A DNA stretch of 64,000 nucleotides from Mizuhopecten yessoensis (Eukaryota): positions 300,485 to 364,484 of the forward strand of contig NW_018404542.1 in assembly GCF_002113885.1 (NCBI RefSeq). Reading direction: 5' to 3'. The translations under genes were made by a program, and so were the position numbers. The notes under the pieces were generated by a model, which made no database searches, had not been told where the DNA came from, and saw nothing but the letters and a program-made list of their open reading frames with translations. Shown here in pieces: positions 15,201 through 27,200 of this stretch (its first letter is position 1; each line of letters opens with the position of its first letter).

Positions 15201-18200
15201 TTGACCTTCACACTTCGAGCCGTAAAAGCCTGTTTTGCATTCTGTAAAAACATATTGGCAAATATTGGCGATACACAAATCTCACAAATTATATTTATAT
15301 TAACTAACAGTAGACCACACCCTGATCCTTAAAGTAAATATTGATCTATACCAACGTCAATATAATGCAACCACTGATAAACCAGATATTTATTGAAAAG
15401 CAAATTCAAAATCAAACAAATTGAATTCCTTTGATGGGATTGCTAAACCAAAATAATTTACGTTAAACAAAGGTTCCGCCCGTTTCTGTCATTCAAATAT
15501 GTTCCTTTTAAGGATCCTAGTCCCATTACACTTTGAGTTTTCGTCTGTACAGAGTTCACCCCTTACATTCGTTTTTTTATATAACTGTAGCACAGATGGG
15601 CAAGGACATTACCATTGACGTTGTGTTGTAGAGCGACCGCATAACAATCGATATTTGTTCATTTCATCTTCATTATTTACCTATCAAAGTCCCGCGAGGT
15701 CAGGCTTTCTTCTCAAAAATGTTTTACCAAAGCTATACTCATGCCTAAAAAACAGGCTCTTATGAGTAGGTAAAGTTTTTGGCAGTGGTAAGGGGATCCT
15801 TAAAGAAAATTTCAAAAAAAACCAAGAGAGATCTATCTCGTCTCTTTCTTATGTATATGTGTTGTCAATCTAAAATGGGTTCATGTGAAATTATGGCAAA
15901 TGACTACCGTTTTGAAGAGTTTAAGAAAAAAGGAAACTCAAAAATCTCCAAAATATCTATTAAAATATTCACTTTGTATTAAGTAGCATGGCCATTTGAA
16001 TAGCGTTTATCTTTATAGGATCTCTAACACATGAATGTTGCGGTATACCACGGGATTTACGGGATTTACGGGGTTTACAGAGAATAAAGCAATCGTTATA
16101 ATGCGGCTTATCATCTATAATATATGAGTTACCTACCAAAGCAATCTCCACTGGTCTGCTTGCAGGTATTATTTCCAGTTAGATTGACATTGACTTTTAT
16201 ACTTGAAGTCGTAAAAGCCGACTGCACACTCTTTAAAAACATCAAAACACGGAATGGCAATATTGATCATGCTAGCATCAATTCAGGCCACACCAAAGCA
16301 AACTATTTATTTAATAACAAATTAACCAGCAAACAAGTTTGCATAGTCAATCGGGTTGCTAAAAAATGATTTAAAATGTTACAACAAACTACTCTGCTCG
16401 TTAACACTATTAAAATATGTTCTATTTAAACCTCACACGTATGGATATTTCGATGTTTTGAAGTCATCATCTGGAAAAGAACACCATCTCTAAGACTTTA
16501 CAGAGAATGGAGAAATCGTTATGATGCGACTTATTATCTTTGTGAGGTACATACACGGATTTACGGCGTTTACAGAGAATAAAGCAATCGTTAGGTGTTA
16601 TTTCCACAGTTAGATTGACATCGACTTTTACACTTACAGTCGTAAAAGCGAACTGCACACTCTTTAAAAACATAGAAACACTTATAAAAGGAATGGCAAT
16701 ACTTATCATACTAGCATCAATTCAGGTCACCACAAAACAAATTATTCATTTAATAGCAAATTAACCAGCAAACAAATTTGCATACTTAACCGGTTCGCTA
16801 AACAATGATTTAAAATGTTACAGCAGATTGTTCCGCTCGTTAACATTATCATAATTTGTTCCATTTAAAGCTCATTCGTATGGATATTTCGTTGTTTTGA
16901 AGTCATCATCTGGACAAAAACATCATCTCTAAACCTTTACAGAGAAGAGAGAAATCGTTATGATGCGACTTATTATCTTTGTGAGGTACATACCAAAACA
17001 ATCTCCACTGGTTTTCTCATACGTGTTATTCACACAGTCAGTTGGACATCGACTGTTACACTTCGGGCCGTAAAAGCCTGTTTTGCAGTCTGTAAAAACA
17101 TATTGACAAATATTGGCGATACACAATCTCACAAACTATATTTATAATAACTAACAGTAGGCCACACCCTGTTCCTGGATGGAAATTTTGAACAATACCA
17201 ACGTCAATATAAAGCAACCACAGATAAACCAGCCATTTAATGAAAAGCAAATTAAAAATCAAACAAAATTGAATTGCTTAGACGATGGTATTGCTAAAAC
17301 CACAATTATATACGTTAAACAAAAGATCAATTTCAATTTCACTGGGATCCTTAAAGAGAAGTTTAAAGTCAAGAGAGAACCTATCTCTTCACTTTCTTAT
17401 GAATATGTGTTGTCAATCTAAAATGGGTTCATGTGAAATTATGGCAAATAAACTAACGTATTTGAAAAGTTTAAAGAAAAGGAAACTACATGTCCCTAAA
17501 ATGTCCTGAAAATATCTATTAATATATACACTTTGTTTTAAGAAATATGGCATTTTCAAATTTACATTTGGAAGCGTTTATCTTTATAGGATCTCTAACA
17601 CACGAATGACTTATCATCTTATGTACATACCAAAACAATCTCCACTGGTTTTCTCACACGTGTTATTTACACAGGTAGTTGGACATCGACTGTTACACTT
17701 CGAGCCGTAAAACTTTGTTTTGCAGTCTGTAAAAACATATTGGCAAATATTGGCGATACACAAATCTTACATATTTTATTTATAATAACTAACAGTAGAC
17801 CACACCCTGATCCTGGATGTAAATATTGATCAATACCAACGTCAATATAATGCAACCACAGATAAACCAGCCATTTATTGAAAAGCAAATTCAAAATCAA
17901 ACAAAATTGAATTATTTAGACGATGGTATTGCTAAACCAAAATAATTTACGTTAAACAAANNNNNNNNNNNNNNNNNNNNNNNNNNNNNNNNNNNNNNNN
18001 NNNNNNNNNNNNNNNNNNNNNNNNNNNNNNNNNNNNNNNNNNNNNNNNNNNNNNNNNNNNNNNNNNNNNNNNNNNNNNNNNNNNNNNNNNNNNNNNNNNN
18101 NNNNNNNNNNNNNNNNNNNNNNNNNNNNNNNNNNNNNNNNNNNNNNNNNNNNNNNNNNNNNNNNNNNNNNNNNNNNNNNNNNNNNNNNNNNNNNNNNNNN

Positions 18201-21200
18201 NNNNNNNNNNNNNNNNNNNNNNNNNNNNNNNNNNNNNNNNNNNNNNNNNNNNNNNNNNNNNNNNNNNNNNNNNNNNNNNNNNNNNNNNNNNNNNNNNNNN
18301 NNNNNNNNNNNNNNNNNNNNNNNNNNNNNNNNNNNNNNNNNNNNNNNNNNNNNNNNNNNNNNNNNNNNNNNNNNNNNNNNNNNNNNNNNNNNNNNNNNNN
18401 NNNNNNNNNNNNNNNNNNNNNNNNNNNNNNNNNNNNNNNNNNNNNNNNNNNNNNNNNNNNNNNNNNNNNNNNNNNNNNNNNNNNNNNNNNNNNNNNNNNN
18501 NNNNNNNNNNNNNNNNNNNNNNNNNNNNNNNNNNNNNNNNNNNNNNNNNNNNNNNNNNNNNNNNNNNNAAACATGTTTTATCAAAACAATACTAATGTCT
18601 AAAAAAAACAGGTTCTAATGTGTAGGTATAGTTTTTGGCAATGATACGGGGATCCTTAAAGAAAAGTTCAAAAACAAGAGAAAACCGATCTCGTCTCTCT
18701 TATGAATACGTGTTGTCAATTTAAAAAGGTATATTGGGTTCATTTGAAACTAGGGCAAATAACCACCGTATTTGGAGTATTTAAATAAAAAGAAAACTGC
18801 AGGTACCTCAAAAATCTCCAAAATATCTATCAAAATATACACTTTGTATTAAGTAATATGGCATTTTGAAAATCACATTTGGAAGCGTTTATCTACGTAG
18901 GATCTCTAACACATAACTGTGGCGATATACCACGGATTTACAGGGTTTACAGAGGATAAAGCAATCGTTAGGTGTTATTTCCACAGTTAGATTGACATCG
19001 ACTTTTACACTTACAGTCTTAAAAGCGGTCTGCACACTCTTTAAAAACATAGAAACACTTATACACGGAATGGCAATTCTTATCATACTAGCATCAATTC
19101 AGGTCACCACAAAACAAATTATTCATTTAATAGCAAATTAACCAGCAAACAAATTTGTATACTTAATCTGTTTGCTAAACAATGATTTAAAATGTTACAA
19201 CAGATTGTTACGCTCGTTAACATTATCATAATATGTTCCATTTAAAGCTCATTCGTATGGATATTTCGTTGTTTAGAAGTCATCATCTGGACAAAACACC
19301 ATCTCTAAGACTTTACAGAGAAGAGAGAAATCGTTATGATGCGACTTATTATCTTTGTGAGGTACATACCAAAACAATCTCCACTGGTTTTCTCACACGT
19401 GTTATTCACACAGGTAGTTGGACATCGACTGTTACACTTCGAGCCGTAAAACTTTGTTTTGCAGTCTGTAAAAACATATTGGCAAATACTGGCGATACAC
19501 AAATCTCACAAATTATAATAATAATAGCTAACAGTAGGCCACACCCTGATCCTGGATGGAAATTTTGACCAATACCAACGTCAATATAATGCAACCACAG
19601 ATAAACCAGTCATTTATTGAAAAGCAAAGTAGAACTCAAACAAAATTGAATTGCTTAGACGATTGGATTGCTAAACCAAAATAATTTACGTTAAACAAAT
19701 GTTCCGCCCGTTTTCGTCATTCAAATATGTTCCTTTTAAGGATCCTAGAACTACTACATAACAATCGCCATCGAGAGTTCGAATCTCGGTCTAGCCCAAA
19801 TGATTTTTTCTTTTTTTGCTCCTAGAAAACTTCTTTTGATTATATTTTGTTCATTTCATCTTCATTATTTACTCATTAAAGTCCCGCGGGGTAAGTTTTT
19901 CTTCTAAAACATGTTTTATCAAAACAATACTAATGTCTAAAAAAAACAGGTTCTAATGTGTAGGTATAGTTTTTGGCAATGATACGGGGATCCTTAAAGA
20001 AAAGTTCAAAAACAAGAGAAAACCGATCTCGTCTCTCTTATGAATACGTGTTGTCAATTTAAAAAGGTATATTGGGTTCATTTGAAACTAGGGCAAATAA
20101 CCACCGTATTTGGAGTGTTTAAATAAAAAGAAAACTACAGGTACTTCAAAAATCTCCAAAATATCTATCAAAATATACACTTTGTATTAAGTAATATGGC
20201 ATTTTGAGAATCACATTTGGAAGCGTTTATCTACGTAGGATCTCTAACACATAAATGTGGCGAAATACCACGGATTTACGGGGTTTACAGAGAATAAAGC
20301 AATCGTTAGGTGTTATTTCCACAGTTAGATTGACATAGACTTTTACACTTACAGTCGTAAAAGCGGTCTGCACACTCTTTAAAAACTTAGAAACACTTAT
20401 ACACGGAATGGCAATTCTTATCATACTAGCATCAATTCCGGTCACCACAAAACAAATTATTCATTTAATTGCAAATTAACCAGCAAACAAATTTGCATAC
20501 TTAATCTGTTTGCTAAACAATGATTTAAAATGTTACAACAGATTGTTACGCTCGTTAACATTATCATAATATGTTCCATTTAAAGCTCATTCGTATGGAT
20601 ATTTCGTTGTTTAGAAGTCATCATCTGGACAAAACACCATCTCCAAGACTTTACAGAGAAGAGAGAAATCGTTATGATGCGACTTATTATCTTTGTGAGG
20701 TACATACCAAAACAATCTCCACTGGTTTTCTCACACGTGTTATTCACACAGGTAGTTGGACATCGACTGTTACACTTCGAGCCGTAAAACTTTGTTTTGC
20801 AGTCTGTAAAAACATATTGACAAATATTGGCGATACACAAATCTCACAAATTATATTTATAATAGCTAACAGTAGGCCACACCCTGATTCTGGATGGAAA
20901 TTTTGACCAATACCAACGTCAATATAATGCAACCACAGATAAACCAGCCATTTATTGAAACGCAAAGTAGAACTCAAGCAAAATTGAATTGCTTAGACGA
21001 TGGTATTGCTAAAACCACAATTATATACGTTAAAGAAAAGATCAATTTCAATATCACGGGGATCCTTAAAGAGAAGTTAAAAGTCAAGAGAGAACCTATT
21101 TCTTCTCTTTCTTATGAATATGTGTTGTCAATCTAAAACGGGTTCATATGAAATTATGGCAAATAGCTAACGTATTTGAAAAGTTTAAATAAAAGGAAGC

Positions 21201-24200
21201 TACATGTACCTAAAATGTCCTGAAAATATCTTTTCATTTCAGTAATAATTACCATAACTTTAGTATGCATATACAATACCTACACCCATCTTTGCAGCCC
21301 AAAAACAAACTTTGTTTCAAGAAATATGGCATTTTCAAATTGACATTTGGAAGCGTTTCCCTTCATAGGATCTCTAACACATGAATGACTTATCATCTTA
21401 TGTATATGAGGTACATACGAAAACAAACCCCTCTCTCCTGCTTACAGGTGTTATTTCCACAGTTAGTTGGACATCGTTTTCCACACTTGCGGCCATATTC
21501 TCACAATATATTGATGTTTTTTTATAATATTACCGTACGGAATTATATTGAGACCAAATCATTATATCCAAAGATTTGAAAACTACCAAAATGTTTGCCA
21601 GGATAAAGGAACAACAATGATATTCAGAGTAATACACGGTAAAACAATTACAATGTGAAATATCTACAGCTCATTTTGAACGAGATGGGGTTTCAAAGAC
21701 TTCACCAGCAGTAAAGAATAATCCAAGTTTGAACGTTGTTCTACTATTCTGTTGTTGTTGATATATCAAAACATCAGTTTCCGTAAATAAAGGTGCGTTT
21801 TTGGAACCTGTCAGAACTGTAAATGTGAAGGTCATATAAGTACGTCTTTACTGTTAGCCAAATTAAGTACTTGGAGACGGGTGTTATGTTTTCACTTTTT
21901 TAAAAAGTACCGTGCCGCTAACCTTCGCTGTTTTTGACAAATAAACAACAAGGCACACTATTGAACACACAAACTGGACCTTCATATCACACAAAGAGAT
22001 ACTGTATTTCCCAACAAGATTTTAATTGCGATCATAACACTTTTCAAAAGTCGTCATCAACCTGCATCGTTAGAAACACTGTGTTGTAAGTTTGCCCGTC
22101 AGCGGCATATATTTTTCACGAAAACATTTATTAAAGGAGAAAGCTCTTGTATATCAAATCAACTGCGACATGTAAACACGTAGGTGTGGAAAGTAATTAC
22201 GTTACTATCAAGAAAAGAAAGTTCATGTCGGAAAATCAAAATTAGAAAATGAAGACGGGGACTTAACTAATGTATCTAATGCACTGATTTTTCACTTTAC
22301 AGTACATATCGGTATGATAAAACAGTTAAAAGTATGTGCTCTTGCAATACAGTAAGTTTCTGGTTTCTTTTAACCAGGCATATTTCCGTCGGTTTTTCCT
22401 CTGGTAAAATGTCGGGTTACGTGGAACCAGGAACTCATTTGCACATTACATTGTCTGGTCACATTTACAGAAAACGGAACCAGACTCTAAGAAAGTTGTT
22501 GCGTTAAGTTCCTTTCGTGTCAGAAGTTTCAACATATGTAAACTCACAGAATGCTAGCAGTATGCAATAGGGGTTTTCAACCCAATATAGGATATGTTGT
22601 GAGGTATACACCTTAAATACATTAAGCTTATGTTTTACACCACTGAAATGTTATACTCAGGCACTATGTCAAGTGTGCACTATACAAACCTGCACAAGCA
22701 CCGTCTGTCCGCTCACACACACTTCCTCCACAGGAAGATGGGCATGGAAGATTGCATTTTTTATCGTAATATCCTTCTGGACATTCTGCAGAGAATAAAG
22801 AATAATGTTACCCTTTTCAAGACTCGCATAATGTATTAATGTCTCAATATCTAAATAGATGTAAATTATAAACCTAAAATATCAAACTGTTTTGCCATAT
22901 TTTGCTCATTAAACATCCAAATGCTTACATTTTTCTGAGGAAACAAACGTTTATAAAGACTGGGTACGATCTCCTTTATTGAGGGCACACAAGTGTCTTA
23001 ATTTCCTTACATCTATAAATAGGGCATACAGACTTAATTTAGCACAAAAAGTCCCATCTACAATACACTGGGCATGGGTATTTCGTTAAACATATTATCC
23101 GCTAATAATAGGACGTCCAAGGGTGATCGTTGAACACGACCTAGTGGCAGTATCTAACGCAGAAAAAGACCAGCATAAATGCACTAAAAGGTGTTTTATT
23201 CGAATATATTTCCATCACAGATACTAGAGAACAAGAATACAAAGTTATAAAACCATTTATAGTTATCAACAAATGGAAAATAATAAGACAGGGAATTGGA
23301 ATATCTATTATCTAGGTAAGCATTAGCAATGTACTTATGGAAATTTATCGCACAGATTAATATAAAATGTTTGAACATAAAGACAATGCATCAAAAACTA
23401 TTTGAAACATTTTTACATCTGCGCTGCAACCCACTATATGAACATTACCAGCAGAAATGTATTTTATTTGAGTATGAAAGCAAAAACTCTCGTGAAATAA
23501 AACGTGGTTTACTTATGACGTCATAGATTAACCTTGTTCAATCAGAGTCTTGTCGCTTCGCTTCGGATAGCATGGACAATGCCCCTGGGTAAAACGCTCA
23601 AATGACCTAAGTTAATTATTGGCGCCAATTTTATTTAGATAGGGCTGTTCCGCCAGTGTAGTTTGAAGGACGACGCAAACACAAAACGAAGCAAATAAAT
23701 AAATTATCCAAGAACAATTAACTAAAATCAAACAATTGTTCTAAAGTATAAATGAAAATATATGGATTGAACATATGACACCTTTAAAATTTTATCAAAG
23801 ATACAGTATGCCAAAATAATAGCACTGCATTATACAGCTGTGCTGTCTTTCTATGATACATCGCGGTGATTAGAGGCCAAGAGATTGAAATCTAAATTAG
23901 TCTAAACTATTTTTGAAATAAAAGAAGTGGTGCGTAAAACTCCTTAATTATTGTATAGTTATTTAATGTCGCGTTGCCGATATCGTGATTTTTCAGAAAC
24001 TAGTTCCCGAGGATTTCGTGCAATATTGCCACGTACAAATATCGCGCTCACGAAAATAATTTTGCATTTTGGGGATGGGATTTGTTTTAAAGGGTTTTGT
24101 TAAAATAAAGAATAATGCAATGCTGACTTATTTTCTTTTCATTATGGGTCATTAAACAGATTTATTTTCTTTTGGGTCTGCAAATATATATTCACGGAGA

Positions 24201-27200
24201 TTATAAATCATGGTATTATAATTATATTCGCTGGAATTAAATTCGCGTTATCTTTGGGGACCGCGAAAATAGCGCAATTGGATCACCGCAATTATTACCA
24301 ACTATACAATGTATGAATTTTAAATATTATAGAACTAGTTAGAAGGTAACATGATGATTTTGTAACAACATTGTCTAGTGTACACATAGATAAGCACATA
24401 AAGTTATTGTATATACTGTTATTTCTTGAGCATTATTGAAAAATAAACCAAGTTTGTTATTGAAATAAAAAAATGTAGTCTTTGCAGACATTATTGTAAT
24501 TTTGCCAATAGTACATTCACTTCACGTCACCTACATCAAGCGACCAAGACATACCGTTTAGTAACATATGTGATTGCTTGTGAGGTAAACACCTTTAACA
24601 GATTAAGCATAAAAGTTACATCAGTGAATTCAGCGACTATTTCACTAAACAAACCTATACAGTCACCCTCCGTCTGATCACACCCGTTATCTCCACAGTA
24701 AGATGAACATCTCTGCTCGCATCGATATCCATGAAATCCTCTTTTACAATCTGTATATAATATGAAATACTGTTACACTTCAATAACACACATTATGTAT
24801 TTATGTCACAATGTTGCGACCGACCAAATCTGTGGTTGTTCAATACAGGCTTATCTGGTTTTGCTTCCTCTCAATTTTACAATATTACCTTAATTGTTCT
24901 TTATTGTTTGAACGTTTTGACGTAGAAGATTAATAATATATGGAAGATACACTACTTCTTTGATCGTAGATCAACATCAGCATCTTACTGTCAGTACGTA
25001 ATTTAAAGTAACATACTGTATATGGAGTATAAATTCCAATTCCCGTTTATATAATGAAACACAAGAAAACCCGATTTCAGTCAACCAGACAAGAGTGTTT
25101 CGTTTAATGTGACATTATAGTTCTATGATACCCTAAAGCTTACAGGGCATTTTTTGTATTACAGTTGTGGGATCGCACAACGTTACACTATGTGCAATGT
25201 GCGCACAATGTGTGCACGGTGTGTGAACGATGTGTGCACGAAGTGCGAACGATAAAAAAATTGGACTATCATTGCTTGCGCACATTTGTGCGGACGATCG
25301 ACGAACGTTGTGCGATAACAATCGTGGTTGGTGTAAATTGAGGAATGGCATTACAATATATACGGTTTCGTGTTTAAACATATAAACTTGATTTTAAGTA
25401 TGAGCTTATCTTTTGTCTATACTTTCTTAAATTTATAAATGTTAATTTCGGTGTTTTTTAAACGAGCTTAACCGACACAGGTAAAATAACAACAGTCTCG
25501 GCAACACAGGCAAGCATAGCCACTTTGTACCTTGACCGTAGTTTTCCCCCACCCGGGGCACTTACGTAACTCGCCAAGGTGTAAAAACCAGGTGAAGGGG
25601 AGCTATAGACCAAATCGAAAGCAAATAACAAATATTAAACGTCCAGTTGTATTTTCATAACAGTCATACGGTATCAGATATCAGCTCTATGTGTCGGACA
25701 AAGACCAGGTATCACTCCGGTCACTCATCAAATTGTTATTTACCTGTTCTGTTACCGAGGAGCCAAACCCATTCTTGACAGTCTAACGATCACTGTATAC
25801 CGTGTTACACGCATTGTAAAATTGTACATAATCTCAGTTATAGAGATGAGAGAATTACCGTAATATATACAGTGTACATTATTGCATACGAGCCTTCCGT
25901 ATTTTATTCATTCCGTAATATTGATTAACAAATTGAACCAAATCGCACAGTTGTGCGGAGAGAAGCGCACAACGGGGCGAACGATTGTTAGATCGCACAG
26001 TTGTGCGCACCATGTGTAGACGATGTGCGGACGGTGTGTGAACGATGTATGCACGGTATTTTTGGTGCGTTGTGCGGTCACACAACTGTAATACTCCCAA
26101 CAAACAGAAATGTACTCTTTTGCGCAAACGTCATATACTCACCACCCTATATATAAACGTCTTGTTACCTATTGTGTAATGCTGAGTTGTATGCCATTTT
26201 TATCTACGATATTTATAACTGTTACTGTAGGAATATTGTTATTCATGTGTAGTAAAGCGCCTTGCAGTAATTTGGAAATTATATATGGCGCTATATAAAT
26301 GTTGCGTTTTATATTATTATTAAATCAAATAAATATGTAATCATGTATCAGAAAAATAAGTTAGGACCTAGCGCTGATATCTCATCAAAGTAACTAGGAA
26401 AAGTATATAGAGAAAAAATTAAATTAGTCCAATGAGGGCCATGTGGTCCACCAGCTGCAACATCGACCTAATGGTACCAAAACACACGATATAAGGAATA
26501 GGAACATGTGCTACAAGCTCTATCAATTTCTCACAACTGTAATGTTTAGCCACAGAACAGGCTGACCATGTATTCGTATCAATTAATAGCGAAGGTATAG
26601 ACAAGCACGAAGCGGAGTGTATGCTAATTTTATTCCAACGGATTTATGTATTGTTATCGACGTAGGCATTTCAGTTTGATGAAATGTTTTGGCGCATCGG
26701 TGTCTTGGGTATACACACAATAAACCCAGTTTTGTCATTGTAATTTTACAGAAAATAGGTAAACTTATGGCATCATGTGATCGAGACACAATCATTACAG
26801 AGATATGCCTATTTAGCTTTGTTTAACACGCGTTATACTATCTGTTCACAATGAACGTGAACCGTATGTAAACGGACTCAAGAAATTTGCCGTTTTTATG
26901 AAAGTTATTTTTAATCTCCATGTTGAAAGCTTTCATGTACCTTCAAATTATATCAATTCCAATGCAACTTACGAAAATTATTTGATTTTTCCTTTTATTT
27001 ATTCTAAAACAGTTTTACAACAACTCGTGAACTCATATACCAACAACAGTTTATGAACAACCTACTATACAAACCTGTACAGTTACCGGAGACCTGCCCA
27101 CACACCCTACTTTCACAGTTTTTTGAGCATTGTGTTTTGCATTCTTTTCCAAAGAATCCATCTGGACATTCTGTAAACAAAATAATGATCAACGTTACAC

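Larger units (their letters stand above)
13210..21500. repeat. Tandem segmental array of EGF exon plus flanking-intron units
   Basis: Near-identical intronic flanks; offsets of 1338 and about 3455 bp between paralogous exons; N-gap at 17961-18568. Confidence 0.95.
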
